64,000 nt of DNA, taken from positions 13,825-77,824 of the forward strand of contig CAKZLM010000031.1 in NCBI GenBank assembly GCA_937126915.1. The letters run 5' to 3'. Made by a program: the position numbers and the translations under genes. Origin of the DNA: an uncultured Alphaproteobacteria bacterium (GTDB lineage: Bacteria; Pseudomonadota; Alphaproteobacteria; Sphingomonadales; SMXR01). The notes below the pieces were generated by a model. The model saw only the letters and a list, made by a program, of their open reading frames with translations, did not search any database and was not told the origin of the DNA. How positions within the stretch are numbered: position 1 is the first letter of the stretch; every line of letters begins with the position of its first letter. Below are positions 37,201 through 49,370 of this stretch, piece by piece.

Positions 37201-37278
37201 CAGTTTAAAGAGGGTTATTTATCCCCTTGGCAAAAAATGACCTTCCTGATACTGAAAGGGTGAGAGGAATATTTGTCA

Positions 37279-38442
37279 ATGGCTGGACCACTGGAAAAAT
37301 ATAAAGAGCTGCAGGCGCGGGGGGAATTGCGCCCGGATGCGCGTCAGGAGGCGGTGATGACCCGCTTGCAACGCTTGCATGAAGGCCTTTGTGAGCTGGA
37401 TCATATGGCTAAAAAGTCGGGCTTCTTGGCTAAATTATTTGGCAAAAAGTCTGAGGTACCGCGCCCTAAAGGCCTTTATATTTACGGTGATGTGGGGCGT
37501 GGAAAATCGATGGTGATGGATTTATTTTTCAGCGCCAGCCCGATCGAGAAAAAACGGCGCATCCATTTCCACCAATTTATGTTAGAAGTGCATGTGGCCA
37601 TGAACCGTTGGCGCAAATTAGACCAGACTGAGCGTGTTGCTGAACTGGGCAAAGGTGCCAGCGATGACCCGTTACCAGCGGTGGTGCATAAAATAGCCAG
37701 TGAAGCGCAATTGCTCTGTTTTGACGAGTTTCAAGTGCATGATATTACCGATGCCAGCATCTTGGTTCGTTTGTTTGAGGGTTTGTTTAAGGCGGGCGTT
37801 ACGGTGGTTTCAACCTCAAACCGCGTGCCAGATGATTTATATAAAGATGGCTTGAACCGTCATTTATTCCTGCCTGCTATTGATCTGATCAAAGATAAAA
37901 TGGATGTGATCGCCCTTAATGGTGAAACTGATTACCGCATGGATCGTATGCAGGGTGTTCCCGTTTATTATACCCCCATTAATGAGCAAACCACCGAGCA
38001 ATTATCAAAAGCCTTTTGGGCCTTAACAGACCGCGATGTTGGCGATCCTAATGAGGTTCCATCAGAGACCATCATTGTACAAGGGCGTGAGTTGTTTGTA
38101 CCAAAGGCTCTTAAGGGTGTGGCGGTGTTTTCGTTTAAGCGGTTGTGCGCAAACCCGTTAGGGGCAGCAGATTATTTAGCAATAGCATGGAAATATCACA
38201 CGGTTTTTGTGGTTGCCATCCCGCAATTAGGGCCTGAAAATCGCAATGAAGCCAAACGCTTTGTCACCATGATTGACGCGTTTTATGAAAATAACGTCAA
38301 ACTAATCTGTTCTGCAGCGGTAAAGCCTGAAGACCTTTATGAAAGTGGTGATGGGCGCTTTGAATTTGATCGCACCATTTCGCGTCTAATGGAAATGCAA
38401 TCAGAAGATTATTTGGCCCGAGGTCATGGTGTGAATGATTGA
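37279..38442 (+). CDS. zapE: cell division protein ZapE (AFG1-like ATPase)
   Basis: Walker A GDVGRGKSMVMD and Walker B LLCFDEFQVHD. The length and C-terminal pattern are typical of the ZapE/AFG1 family. TTG at 37273 is an alternative start. Confidence 0.85.
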   Translation: MAGPLEKYKELQARGELRPDARQEAVMTRLQRLHEGLCELDHMAKKSGFLAKLFGKKSEVPRPKGLYIYGDVGRGKSMVMDLFFSASPIEKKRRIHFHQFMLEVHVAMNRWRKLDQTERVAELGKGASDDPLPAVVHKIASEAQLLCFDEFQVHDITDASILVRLFEGLFKAGVTVVSTSNRVPDDLYKDGLNRHLFLPAIDLIKDKMDVIALNGETDYRMDRMQGVPVYYTPINEQTTEQLSKAFWALTDRDVGDPNEVPSETIIVQGRELFVPKALKGVAVFSFKRLCANPLGAADYLAIAWKYHTVFVVAIPQLGPENRNEAKRFVTMIDAFYENNVKLICSAAVKPEDLYESGDGRFEFDRTISRLMEMQSEDYLARGHGVND

Positions 38443-38444
38443 AA

Positions 38445-38482
38445 AAGGGCGTGTTAACCATTAATCAGTTAATACGCCCCTT
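38445..38482. terminator. probable bidirectional hairpin between convergent zapE and the carbonic anhydrase gene
   Basis: AAGGGCGTGTTAAC (38445-38458) pairs with GTTAATACGCCCCTT (38468-38482), with one mismatch and one bulge. Confidence 0.45.
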
Positions 38483-38499
38483 AAGTAATGCGATTACTC
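38483..38499. repeat. variant copy of the palindromic motif
   Basis: AAGTAATGCGATTACTC. Its right half GCGATTACTC is identical to the copy at 32907-32916. Confidence 0.5.
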
Positions 38500-38509
38500 A
38501 GTGCTATCT

Positions 38510-39166
38510 TTAATCGTCATCAGCCAGTAATTGATAGCCTTTATCACCCATATGTTCGTAAAGGCCGCCTGATTCAATATCGAACCACCAAGCATGTAGC
38601 TGTAAATTATTTTCTTTGATGGCTTTTTGAACCCAAGGGTAGGTTTTAAGATGTTCAATCGATTGAAGGGCGCCCTGCTTCTCACAAGCAGTGCATTGAT
38701 GATCAAATTCCTCATCGGGATGGTTTTCAAGCACCTTTTTCTTGGCACCTTTGACCAAACTGACCCAGTCAGTGATATAATCATCAGGCGTGGTTTCTGT
38801 GTCACGATCTTCTGGTTGTTCCATCAAAGCACGGATACCGCCACAACCACTGTGTCCCATCACTACAATATGGCTAACATTTAAGACTGTTACGGCAAAT
38901 TGAATGGCAGATCCAACCGCATGGTGCGATTTATCGGTCGCTTCGTATGGTGGCACAATATTGGCGACATTATTGACGCTGAAAAATTGGCCCAATTTTG
39001 CATTGGTTAGTATAGCTGGCTTTACGCGGCTATCAGCACAGGCAATCACCATCGCTTGTGGTTCTTGGGTTTGGCTTGCTTTTTCACGGTACGCCTCATT
39101 ATCAGACGATAAGTAAGATTTGCGAAATTCTTTATAACCTTGCACAAGGTTTTTATATGCAGTCAT
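38510..39166 (-). CDS. beta-class carbonic anhydrase
   Basis: Zinc ligands in CADSRV and GHSGCGG, and the typical N-terminal LVQGYKEFR. Confidence 0.9.
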   Translation of the reverse strand: MTAYKNLVQGYKEFRKSYLSSDNEAYREKASQTQEPQAMVIACADSRVKPAILTNAKLGQFFSVNNVANIVPPYEATDKSHHAVGSAIQFAVTVLNVSHIVVMGHSGCGGIRALMEQPEDRDTETTPDDYITDWVSLVKGAKKKVLENHPDEEFDHQCTACEKQGALQSIEHLKTYPWVQKAIKENNLQLHAWWFDIESGGLYEHMGDKGYQLLADDD

Positions 39167-39311
39167 TTCCTCAGTCTCCCTAAACTCATGTAGTCACCAT
39201 ATAGGAATGTTTATGATTCCTACAAGGTGAAAACTGAATAATCATACGCAGCAGTTGACATCAAGGATCAAAAATAAAACACTAGCCTTAACTTTGATAT
39301 TGGATACGCAT

Positions 39312-40058
39312 ATGATTTCATCTGATTTGGGTTTTTATTTAGCCGCCGTTCCTGCAGTTTTATTAACCGGTATTGGCAAAAGTGGCTTTGGTGGCGTGGC
39401 ATTAATGGCGGTACCATTATTAAGTTTGGTGATGTCACCCATTGAGGCGGCGGCTTTGATGTTACCGCTTTTGTTGATGATGGATGTTTTTGGCGTGTAT
39501 GCATGGCGCGGGCAGGGTAGTTGGGCGCATATTAAAGTGTTGGTGCCAGGGGCGGCGTTTGGTGTGCTTATTGGTATGTTAACGGCACAATTTGTTAATC
39601 CTGATATGGTGAAATTAATTGTTGGTATCATCGCGGTGGGTTTTTGCCTTTATCAATGGCTGCCTAAGCCTCAAAAAGGTTCGGCAATGGGGCAGCCCAA
39701 TTGGCTAACGGGCAGTGTGGCAGGAGCAGCGTCGGGATATACCAGTTATATTGCCCACGCTGGCTCACCGCCCTATCATATGTATCTCATTCCAAAGGGG
39801 CTTGATCCACGGGCATTTGCGGCAACAGGGGCGTGGTATTTTTTCATTGTAAATGGCCTGAAATTACCAGCTTATATTGCTGTTGGGCAATTTAGTTTGG
39901 AGGTGTTTATGCAAGCCCTAGTGATGCTGCCGTTGGTGCCTATTGGGGTCTATGCGGGGGTTTGGCTGAATAAACGCGTAAGTCATGATCTGTTTTATAA
40001 ATTTATCTATGGCTTTGTTTTTCTCATCGGCTTTAAGTTAATTTATGATAGTCTTTAA
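39312..40058 (+). CDS. sulfite exporter TauE/SafE family membrane protein
   Basis: Polytopic membrane protein with the N-terminal GIGKSGFGG motif typical of TauE/SafE (DUF81). ATG at 39312. The track start at 39255 is a TTG extension. Confidence 0.8.
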   Translation: MISSDLGFYLAAVPAVLLTGIGKSGFGGVALMAVPLLSLVMSPIEAAALMLPLLLMMDVFGVYAWRGQGSWAHIKVLVPGAAFGVLIGMLTAQFVNPDMVKLIVGIIAVGFCLYQWLPKPQKGSAMGQPNWLTGSVAGAASGYTSYIAHAGSPPYHMYLIPKGLDPRAFAATGAWYFFIVNGLKLPAYIAVGQFSLEVFMQALVMLPLVPIGVYAGVWLNKRVSHDLFYKFIYGFVFLIGFKLIYDSL

Positions 40059-40074
40059 GATGCGCAATTCTTTA

Positions 40075-40124
40075 TGCGTTACCGTCACTGATTAAGAAAA
40101 GCCATAAATAGTGACTGTCACTGA
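40075..40124. repeat. two further copies of the palindromic motif just after the TauE stop
   Basis: GCGTTAC-C-GTCACTG (40076-40090) and TAGTGAC-T-GTCACTG (40109-40123, 6-bp arms AGTGAC/GTCACT perfectly symmetric). Both are followed by AT(T)AAG. Confidence 0.55.
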
Positions 40125-40402
40125 TAAAGATAACAGGGCGCGTTTTTCATAAACGGACAGGTCTGTCTATATTTAGGCGTAAATCGGCTATTTCCTTGTC
40201 ATTATTAAGGTTATTTCGTTAGCGTGTCGCCCAATTTGGTTTAAATGGGTGCGATAGTGATTCTTTTGTCCTGTTTAGACCGCCAGTAGATAAGGCTCCA
40301 CTACAAAGGGGGCGCTGCTGGGTTATGGCGCTAAATATAATGCTTAGAATTTAGCTGAATGTTAGGCGCCATGGGTTAGAAATTTGATACATTGGGGGCT
40401 AG

Positions 40403-41449
<1,047 letters not shown>

Positions 41450-41497
41450 TATTTAGTGAGTTTATGGGGTTATCCCAAATTTAAAGGAGTTTAGCAC

Positions 41498-42667
41498 ATG
41501 AATATTCATGAGCATCAGGCGAAAGCAGTACTGGCTGAGTATGGCGCGCCTATCTTAAAAGGTCATGCAGCCTTTACTGTTGAAGAAGCCGTGAAAGCAG
41601 CCGAAGACCTAGGCGGCCCTGTGTGGGTTGTTAAATCACAAATTCATGCTGGTGGTCGCGGCCTTGGCGGTGGTGTTAAGGTTGTGAAATCTAAAGAAGA
41701 CGTGAAAGCTGAAGCTGACCGTATGTTGGGCATGAACTTGGTGACGCACCAAACAGGCCCAGAAGGTAAGTTGGTTCGTCGTCTTTATATTGAAGATGGT
41801 TGTGCCATTGCTGATGAGCTTTATTTCAGCATGTTGGTGGATCGTGCCACTGGTAACATTGCGATCATCGCCTCAACTGAGGGCGGTATGGACATTGAAA
41901 CCGTTGCCGAAGAAACCCCTGAAAAAATTCTAACTGTTCAAATTGACCCAGCCACAGGCATTATGCCTTTCCACCTGCGTCAAGTGGCGTTCGGTTATGG
42001 CCTGAAAGGTGACACAGCTAAACAATGCATGAAATTGGTTGCCAGCCTTTACAAAGCCTTCACTGAAAAAGACATGTCTTTGCTTGAGATCAACCCATTG
42101 GTTGTGACCGAAGGTGGCGACATGGTTGTTTTGGATGCCAAAGTATCGTTTGATGGCAATGCCTTGTTCCGTCACCCAGATATTATGGAACTTCGTGACC
42201 TAACCGAAGAAGACGAAAAAGAGATCGAAGCTTCTAAGTATGATCTAAACTATGTGTCTTTGGATGGTAACATCGGTTGTATGGTGAACGGCGCTGGTTT
42301 GGCGATGTCAACCATGGACATCATTAAGCTTAAAGGTGCTGAGCCTGCTAACTTCTTAGATGTTGGCGGTGGCGCAACCAAAGAAAAAGTAACCGAAGCG
42401 TTCAAAATCATTCTATCTGACCCGAACGTAGAAGGCATCTTGGTGAACATTTTCGGTGGTATCATGCGTTGTGACGTGATCGCTGACGGTGTTGTTGCTG
42501 CTGCGAAAGAGGTTGAGTTAGACAAGCCGTTGGTTGTGCGCCTAGAGGGCACCAACGTTGAGCTTGGTAAAGAAATTTTGGCAAAAAGCGGCATGAATAT
42601 CATTTCTGCTGATGATTTGAATGATGCGGCTGAAAAAGTTGTTGCTGCAGTGAAGGAGGCCCAATAA
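41498..42667 (+). CDS. sucC: succinyl-CoA ligase (ADP-forming) subunit beta
   Basis: MNIHEHQAK, the ATP-grasp motifs, and [14 protein letters not shown]. Confidence 0.97.
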   Translation: MNIHEHQAKAVLAEYGAPILKGHAAFTVEEAVKAAEDLGGPVWVVKSQIHAGGRGLGGGVKVVKSKEDVKAEADRMLGMNLVTHQTGPEGKLVRRLYIEDGCAIADELYFSMLVDRATGNIAIIASTEGGMDIETVAEETPEKILTVQIDPATGIMPFHLRQVAFGYGLKGDTAKQCMKLVASLYKAFTEKDMSLLEINPLVVTEGGDMVVLDAKVSFDGNALFRHPDIMELRDLTEEDEKEIEASKYDLNYVSLDGNIGCMVNGAGLAMSTMDIIKLKGAEPANFLDVGGGATKEKVTEAFKIILSDPNVEGILVNIFGGIMRCDVIADGVVAAAKEVELDKPLVVRLEGTNVELGKEILAKSGMNIISADDLNDAAEKVVAAVKEAQ

Positions 42668-43542
42668 TGGCTATTTTGGTAAATAAAGACACGAAAGTTA
42701 TCTGTCAGGGCTTTACCGGTGCGCAAGGCACTTTCCACTCAGAACAAGCCATTGCATATGGCACGCAAATGGTTGGTGGTGTGACCCCTGGTAAAGGTGG
42801 TTCTAAGCACCTTGACCTACCTGTGTTCGACACAGTGGCTGATGCCCGTGAAGCAACCGACGCCAATGCATCTGTGATCTACGTACCGCCACCATTTGCT
42901 GGTGACGCAATTTGTGAAGCCATTGCTGCAGAGATCGAGTTGATCGTTTGTATCACAGAAGGCATTCCTGTTCAGGACATGGTTAAAGTGAAGCGTGCGC
43001 TGCGCAATTCTGGTTCACGTTTGGTTGGCCCTAACTGCCCAGGCGTTATCACTCCGGGTGAGTGTAAAATTGGTATTATGCCAGGTCACATTCACAAACG
43101 TGGTTCTGTGGGCGTTGTGTCTCGTTCTGGTACCTTGACCTATGAAGCGGTAGCACAAACCACGGCTGTGGGCCTTGGTCAGTCTTCATGTGTTGGTATT
43201 GGTGGTGACCCTGTTAACGGCACCAACTTCATCGACGTTTTAGACATGTTCTTAAGTGACGAAGAAACTGAAAGCATCATCATGATTGGTGAAATTGGTG
43301 GTTCTGCAGAAGAAGAAGCTGCTGAGTTCATCAAGCAACACAAAGTGAAAAAGCCAATGGTTGGTTTCATTGCGGGTCGTACAGCGCCTCCTGGTCGTAC
43401 CATGGGTCACGCTGGTGCCATCGTTTCTGGTGGTAAAGGTGGTGCAGAAGATAAAATCGAAGCAATGAAATCTGCCGGTATCGCGGTTTCTGATAGCCCT
43501 GCGTCATTGGGTACAACTTTGATGGATGTCTTAAAAGGCTAA
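42667..43542 (+). CDS. sucD: succinyl-CoA ligase subunit alpha
   Basis: [20 protein letters not shown], and the phosphohistidine loop MGHAGAI. TAATG overlap with sucC. Confidence 0.97.
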   Translation: MAILVNKDTKVICQGFTGAQGTFHSEQAIAYGTQMVGGVTPGKGGSKHLDLPVFDTVADAREATDANASVIYVPPPFAGDAICEAIAAEIELIVCITEGIPVQDMVKVKRALRNSGSRLVGPNCPGVITPGECKIGIMPGHIHKRGSVGVVSRSGTLTYEAVAQTTAVGLGQSSCVGIGGDPVNGTNFIDVLDMFLSDEETESIIMIGEIGGSAEEEAAEFIKQHKVKKPMVGFIAGRTAPPGRTMGHAGAIVSGGKGGAEDKIEAMKSAGIAVSDSPASLGTTLMDVLKG

Positions 43543-43612
43543 TATCTTTTAGGGATGCTGAGGTTGTCTCGGCATCCCCTTTCACTTTTTTTGAAAGATT
43601 GGCAGGATTACT

Positions 43613-46525
43613 ATGGATTTCCCTAATTCTTTAGCAGTCTCATCACCGCAAGTGATTGAAGCAATGTATGCACGCTATTTGGATGATCCTTTAAGCGTGG
43701 ATCAAGGCTGGCAAGATTATTTTGCGCACCTTGAAGCGGGTGTTGAGGGCATGTCAACCGATGGTGGCTATCGTCCTTCATGGGGTCGCCAAGACTGGCC
43801 GCCGCAACCGCAAAATGAAGAGACCGACGCCCTTGTTCCGGGCACTTTGCCGCCCTTATCAAAGGCAAAAGACGGCAAAGGCGGTGCTAAAGGTAAGTTA
43901 AGCGGCGAAGACATCAAAGCGGCAACGCTTGATAGTATTCGCGCCTTGATGATGATCCGTGTTTACCGTGTGCGTGGCCACTTGTTGGCTAATCTTGATC
44001 CTTTGGGATTAGAAGATCGTCCTGCCCATCCTGAGCTTGAGCCATCTACCTATGGCTTTGGTCCTGATGATTTGGATCGTCCGATTTTTTTGGATAATGT
44101 TTTGGGGATGGAATTTGCCACCATTCGCGAAATATTGGCGATTGTGAAGCGCACCTATTGCTCAAACGTTGGTGTTGAATTTATGCACATCAACGACCCT
44201 GAAATTAAGTCGTGGTTGCAAGAACGCATTGAAGGCCGCGATAAAGAAATTCAATTTACCGATAATGGTAAAAAAGCCATCTTGTCAAAGTTAATCGAAG
44301 GCGAGCAATTTGAGAAGTTTTTGGCACGTAAATATATTGGCACCAAACGTTTTGGTCTTGATGGTGGCGAGGCGCTTATTCCAGCCCTTGAAGCGATTAT
44401 CAAAACCGGCGGCCAAATGGGTCTGAATGAGATTGTTTTGGGCATGCCGCATCGTGGTCGCTTAAATGTTTTGACCAATGTGATGGGTAAGTCATTTGAA
44501 GCCCTGTTCCATGAGTTTCATGGCGGCAGCGCGAACCCTGATGATGTTGAGGGATCTGGTGATGTGAAATATCACCTTGGTACGTCTTCTGACCGTAGCT
44601 TTGATGGTAATGAGGTTCACTTAACGCTGAATGCCAACCCATCGCATCTTGAAGCGGTGGATCCGGTGGTTATTGGTCGTGTTCGTGCCAAGCAACAGCA
44701 AAAAGATGATGCCAATCGCACCCAAGTGATGCCGGTTCTTCTTCATGGTGATGCAGCCTTTGCAGGACAAGGCATTGTGGCGGAATGCTTTATGATGTCT
44801 GGCCTTTCAGGTTATGACGTTGGCGGTACCATCCATTTTGTGGTGAACAACCAAATTGGCTTTACCACCGCGCCGCAATTCTCACGTTCTGGTCCTTACC
44901 CTTCTGATATGGCAAAAGCGGTACAAGCGCCTATTTTCCACGTTAATGGTGATGACCCTGAAGCGGTTGTTTGGGCGACAAAAATTGCTACTGAGTTTCG
45001 CCAAACTTTCCACAAAGATGTGGTGGTTGATATGTTGTGTTATCGCCGTTATGGCCATAACGAGGGCGACGAGCCATCATTCACACAGCCATTGATGTAT
45101 GCCAATATTAAAAATCATACCTATGTGGCTGAATTATATCGTGATCGTTTGGTCCGTGAAAACCAAATCACCACCGAAGAATATGAAGCAGAAGTAAAAG
45201 CCTTTGTTGAGCGTTTAGAAACGGCGTTTGAATCAGCCAATAATTACAAGCCAAACAAGGCAGATTGGTTAGAAGGCAAATGGTCTGGGCTTAACTTGGC
45301 AGGTAAAGGCGCTCGCCGCGCTGAAACCGGTGTTAGCACTGATGTGTTACGCGATATTGGTAAGGTACTGACCGAAGCGCCTGATGGTTTCAACTTGCAC
45401 CGCACCTTAAAACGCGTTCTTAACGCCAAAGCAAAAATGTTTGATGATGGCGCTGGTTTTGATTGGGCCACGGCTGAGGCCTTGGCCTATGGTAGCTTGT
45501 TAATGGAGGGTTACCCAATCCGCCTATCAGGTCAGGATAGTCGCCGCGGTACTTTTAGCCAACGACATTCAGTGTTTGTCGATCAAAAAACCGAAGATAC
45601 CTATTGCCCGCTAAACACCCTAAATAAAGAAGCGCGCTTTGAAGTTTTGGATAGTCCACTTTCCGAAATGGGTGTTCTGGGTTATGAATATGGTTATAGC
45701 TTGGCTGAGCCGCGTTCCCTTGTTCTGTGGGAAGCACAATTTGGTGACTTTGCCAATGGTGCGCAGGTGATTATTGACCAGTTCATTTCATCGGCTGAGG
45801 CCAAATGGCTGCGCATGTCTGGTTTGGTGATGTTGTTACCGCATGGTTATGAGGGTCAAGGTCCTGAACACTCATCAGCGCGTTTAGAGCGTTATTTACA
45901 GTCAAGTGCTGAAGATAACTGGCAAGTAGCAAATTGCACCACCCCAGCGCAATATTTCCATATCTTGCGCCGCCAAATGAAACGCGATTTCCGCAAGCCT
46001 TTGATCATGATGACGCCTAAGTCATTATTGCGTCATAAGCGTGCGGTCTCAACCTTGGATGAAATGGGTGTGGGTAGCGAGTTCCATCGCGTATTATGGG
46101 ATGATGCTCAGCCAAATCCTGAAGATAACATCAAGTTGAAAGCTGACAAGGATATTAAGCGCGTTATTCTATGTTCGGGTAAAGTTTATTATGATCTATT
46201 GGAAGAACGTAATAAGCGCAAGCAAGCCGACACTTATATCTTACGTGTTGAGCAGTTGTATCCGTTCCCGACATCACCAATTGTAAAAGAATTATCGCGT
46301 TTTGATAACTTAGAGCGCGTGGTGTGGTGTCAGGAAGAGCCTAAAAACATGGGCGCATGGTTCTTTGTGAACCCACTTATTGAAGAAGCTTTAGAGAAAA
46401 TCCCGGCAGCTGTTTCTCGCCCTCATTATGCAGGTCGTTTGGCCAGTGCCGCAACAGCAACCGGATTGGCGAGCAAGCACGCACGCCAGCAAGAAGAATT
46501 GATTGATCAAGCGCTTAGCGTTTAA
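43613..46525 (+). CDS. sucA: 2-oxoglutarate dehydrogenase E1 component
   Basis: 970 aa. GMPHRGRLNVL, LHGDAAFAGQG and YGHNEGDEPSFTQP are typical SucA blocks. Confidence 0.97.
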   Translation: MDFPNSLAVSSPQVIEAMYARYLDDPLSVDQGWQDYFAHLEAGVEGMSTDGGYRPSWGRQDWPPQPQNEETDALVPGTLPPLSKAKDGKGGAKGKLSGEDIKAATLDSIRALMMIRVYRVRGHLLANLDPLGLEDRPAHPELEPSTYGFGPDDLDRPIFLDNVLGMEFATIREILAIVKRTYCSNVGVEFMHINDPEIKSWLQERIEGRDKEIQFTDNGKKAILSKLIEGEQFEKFLARKYIGTKRFGLDGGEALIPALEAIIKTGGQMGLNEIVLGMPHRGRLNVLTNVMGKSFEALFHEFHGGSANPDDVEGSGDVKYHLGTSSDRSFDGNEVHLTLNANPSHLEAVDPVVIGRVRAKQQQKDDANRTQVMPVLLHGDAAFAGQGIVAECFMMSGLSGYDVGGTIHFVVNNQIGFTTAPQFSRSGPYPSDMAKAVQAPIFHVNGDDPEAVVWATKIATEFRQTFHKDVVVDMLCYRRYGHNEGDEPSFTQPLMYANIKNHTYVAELYRDRLVRENQITTEEYEAEVKAFVERLETAFESANNYKPNKADWLEGKWSGLNLAGKGARRAETGVSTDVLRDIGKVLTEAPDGFNLHRTLKRVLNAKAKMFDDGAGFDWATAEALAYGSLLMEGYPIRLSGQDSRRGTFSQRHSVFVDQKTEDTYCPLNTLNKEARFEVLDSPLSEMGVLGYEYGYSLAEPRSLVLWEAQFGDFANGAQVIIDQFISSAEAKWLRMSGLVMLLPHGYEGQGPEHSSARLERYLQSSAEDNWQVANCTTPAQYFHILRRQMKRDFRKPLIMMTPKSLLRHKRAVSTLDEMGVGSEFHRVLWDDAQPNPEDNIKLKADKDIKRVILCSGKVYYDLLEERNKRKQADTYILRVEQLYPFPTSPIVKELSRFDNLERVVWCQEEPKNMGAWFFVNPLIEEALEKIPAAVSRPHYAGRLASAATATGLASKHARQQEELIDQALSV

Positions 46526-46558
46526 TCAAGCGTTTGTAACAGAGAATGGAGCAGTCAT

Positions 46559-47830
46559 ATGGCTGAAGAAATACGTGTCCCAACCCTTGGTGAATCAATC
46601 ACCGAAGCAACTGTTGGTAAATGGTTTAAACAACCAGGTGATAGTGTTGGTGAAGATGAACCTGTTGCTGAGTTAGAAACAGATAAAGTTGTGATGGAAG
46701 TAAATTCGCCCATCGCTGGCACCATTGTTGAACATTTGGTTTCTGAGGGTGATACGGTTGAGGTAAATGCCGTTTTGGCCATGGTTGATGCCAGTGGATC
46801 GGCATCTGTCAAAAAGTCAGAGAGTGGTGACGACAAAAAAGAATCCTCTTCTTCTGATAAATCTGAAAGCAAGTCTGACGATAAGCCAGCGGAAAAGTCG
46901 TCTTCAAAAGATGATGCCCCTAAAGGCAAGCCTGGATCTGAAGACCAACCAATGTCGCCAGCGGTTCGTAAAATGGTTGCTGATCATGATTTGGATGTCA
47001 CCAAAATTGGTGGTACAGGCAAAGATGGACGCCTAACTAAAGCTGATGTTCAGGCTGCTATTGATAATGGTTCTGCTAAGAAATCTGGTGGTGCTTCATC
47101 ATCGTCTTCTGCGTCGGTTGTTGATGAAGGCCCGCGTGAAGAGCGTGTGCCAATGACCCGCCTTCGTAAGCGTATTGCAGAACGTCTGAAAGACGCGCAA
47201 AACACCGCCGCCATGTTGACCACCTATAACGAAGTTGACATGTCTGCAGTGATGGATGCCCGCATTAAATACCGTGAGGAGTTTGAGAAAAAGCACGGTG
47301 TACGCCTTGGCTTTATGAGCTTTTTTGTCAAAGCTTGTTGTCATGCCTTGAAAGAAATTCCAGCGGTAAATGCTGAAATTGATGGTGATGAGATTGTTTA
47401 CAAAAATCATTATGACATTGGTGTTGCGGTTTCTAGTCCGGGTGGCCTTGTGGTGCCTGTAGTGCGCGATGCTGATAAAATGGGCTTTGCCAAAACTGAA
47501 CAAACCATTGGTGATTTTGGTCGTCGTGCCCGTGATGGCAAACTAACCATTGATGAAATGATGGGCGGTACGTTCACGATTTCAAACGGTGGTGTGTTTG
47601 GCTCATTAATGTCGTCCCCTATTTTGAACCCACCACAATCAGGCATTTTGGGTATGCACAAAATTCAAGAGCGCCCGATGGTTGTGAACGGTGAGATTGT
47701 TGTTCGTCCAATGATGTATTTGGCGCTTTCTTATGACCACCGCATCATTGATGGCCGCGAGGCGGTAACCTTCTTGGTGCGTGTGAAAGATTGTATTGAG
47801 AACCCAGACCGTTTGTTGCTGGACATTTAA
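46559..47830 (+). CDS. sucB: dihydrolipoyllysine-residue succinyltransferase (E2 of 2-oxoglutarate dehydrogenase)
   Basis: Lipoyl domain ([11 protein letters not shown]), an E3-binding domain, and a catalytic domain with the DHRIIDG active site. The inter-domain linker is Ser/Asp/Lys-rich. Confidence 0.96.
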   Translation: MAEEIRVPTLGESITEATVGKWFKQPGDSVGEDEPVAELETDKVVMEVNSPIAGTIVEHLVSEGDTVEVNAVLAMVDASGSASVKKSESGDDKKESSSSDKSESKSDDKPAEKSSSKDDAPKGKPGSEDQPMSPAVRKMVADHDLDVTKIGGTGKDGRLTKADVQAAIDNGSAKKSGGASSSSSASVVDEGPREERVPMTRLRKRIAERLKDAQNTAAMLTTYNEVDMSAVMDARIKYREEFEKKHGVRLGFMSFFVKACCHALKEIPAVNAEIDGDEIVYKNHYDIGVAVSSPGGLVVPVVRDADKMGFAKTEQTIGDFGRRARDGKLTIDEMMGGTFTISNGGVFGSLMSSPILNPPQSGILGMHKIQERPMVVNGEIVVRPMMYLALSYDHRIIDGREAVTFLVRVKDCIENPDRLLLDI

Positions 47831-47864
47831 GCTAAAAAAGATTTGATTGATAAGGAATTGAAAC

Positions 47865-49271
47865 ATGAGTGAACAATATGACGTTGTTGTCATTGGCGGT
47901 GGCCCAGGCGGTTATGTAGCTGCTATTAAGGCGGCGCAATTGGGTTTGAAAACAGCCTGTGTTGAAAAACGCGGTTCATTGGGCGGCACATGCTTGAACG
48001 TGGGATGTATCCCATCCAAGGCTTTGTTGCATGCCTCTGAAAAATATCATGAAGCACAACACCATTTTGAGCAGTTCGGCATCCAGGTTGATAAATTATC
48101 GCTTGATCTAGACGCTATGATGGAAAACAAAGACACCGCTGTTACTGAACTGACGGGCGGCATTGAGTTTTTGTTCAAGAAAAACAAAGTAACCTATGTC
48201 AAAGGTTGGGGTAAAGTAAGTGCAGCTGACACTGTTGAGGTAGACCTTAACGATGGTGGCAGTGAAACCCTTAAAACCAAAAATATTCTCATCGCAACAG
48301 GTTCTGATGTGGCGCAATTACCGGGTGTTGAGGTTGATGGTAAGGTTGTTGTGACCTCAACCGAGGCTTTGAGCCTGCCAAAAGTGCCAAAGCATATGGT
48401 TGTGATCGGCGGCGGTGTTATTGGCCTTGAGATGGGTTCTGTGTGGAAGCGTCTTGGTGCTGAGGTGACCGTTGTTGAATATTTGGACGAGATTTTGCCA
48501 GGTATGGACGGTGAGGTTCGCAAAAACTTTGCCCGTATCTTGAAGAAACAAGGGTTCAAATTGAAAACGGGCACCAAAGTAACTGATGTTAAAACCTCGA
48601 AAACCCAAGCTACTGTAACGGTTGAGCCTGCTAAGGGTGGTGACGAAGAAAAGATTAAAGCCGACGTTGTGTTGGTGGCGATTGGTCGTACCCCTTATAC
48701 CGAAGGTTTGGGTCTTGATAAGGTTGGCGTTCAAATGGATGATCGTGGTCGTATTAAGATTAACCACGACTTCTCAACCAATGTTCCGGGCATTTGGGCC
48801 ATTGGTGATGTGGTTGAAGGCCCTATGTTGGCGCACAAAGCCGAAGATGAAGGCGTTGCGGCGGTTGAAAACATCGCTGGCATGACCGGTTATTGTAACC
48901 ATGATGTGATCCCAGGCGTTGTTTACACCATGCCTGAGGTGGCGTCTGTTGGTTTAACCACCGAAGAGGCTAAAGAAAAAGGCATTGATGTGGGTGTGGG
49001 TAAGTTCCCGTTCACCGCAAACAGTCGTGCCAAAGCCAATCGCGATACCGATGGTTTCGTGAAAATTTTAACCGATAAAGCCACTGATAAAGTCATCGGT
49101 GCGCATATCATTGGGTCATTGGCGGGCACGATGATTGCGGAAGTTGCCTTGGCAATGGAATTTGGCGCTAGTGCAGAAGACATTGCTTTGACATGTCACG
49201 CTCACCCAACCCACACTGAAGCAACCAAAGAAGCTGCAATGGCCGCTTACGATAAGCCAATACATATGTAG
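47865..49271 (+). CDS. lpdA: dihydrolipoyl dehydrogenase (E3)
   Basis: GGGPGGY, the redox disulfide [13 protein letters not shown], and C-terminal HAHPT. Confidence 0.96.
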   Translation: MSEQYDVVVIGGGPGGYVAAIKAAQLGLKTACVEKRGSLGGTCLNVGCIPSKALLHASEKYHEAQHHFEQFGIQVDKLSLDLDAMMENKDTAVTELTGGIEFLFKKNKVTYVKGWGKVSAADTVEVDLNDGGSETLKTKNILIATGSDVAQLPGVEVDGKVVVTSTEALSLPKVPKHMVVIGGGVIGLEMGSVWKRLGAEVTVVEYLDEILPGMDGEVRKNFARILKKQGFKLKTGTKVTDVKTSKTQATVTVEPAKGGDEEKIKADVVLVAIGRTPYTEGLGLDKVGVQMDDRGRIKINHDFSTNVPGIWAIGDVVEGPMLAHKAEDEGVAAVENIAGMTGYCNHDVIPGVVYTMPEVASVGLTTEEAKEKGIDVGVGKFPFTANSRAKANRDTDGFVKILTDKATDKVIGAHIIGSLAGTMIAEVALAMEFGASAEDIALTCHAHPTHTEATKEAAMAAYDKPIHM

Positions 49272-49336
49272 GGTCGCTTAAGGCTTTAGGGGGGGGATAT
49301 AGTGCCGTCCCCTAAGACTGCGGTAGAAAAATTAAT

Positions 49337-49370
49337 AAAAAGGCAGTGACAATTTGTTGCTGCCTTTTTT
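49337..49370 (+). terminator. intrinsic terminator after lpdA
   Basis: GGCAGTGACAA (49342-49352) pairs imperfectly with TTGTTGCTGCC (49354-49364), followed by TTTTTT. Confidence 0.65.

Noticed and set aside
46800-46950. Unusual Ser/Asp/Lys-rich inter-domain linker in SucB, in place of the usual Ala/Pro-rich linker.
   Set aside because: E2 linkers are compositionally variable between lineages. There is no evidence of functional consequence, and the lipoyl, E3-binding and catalytic domains are intact.
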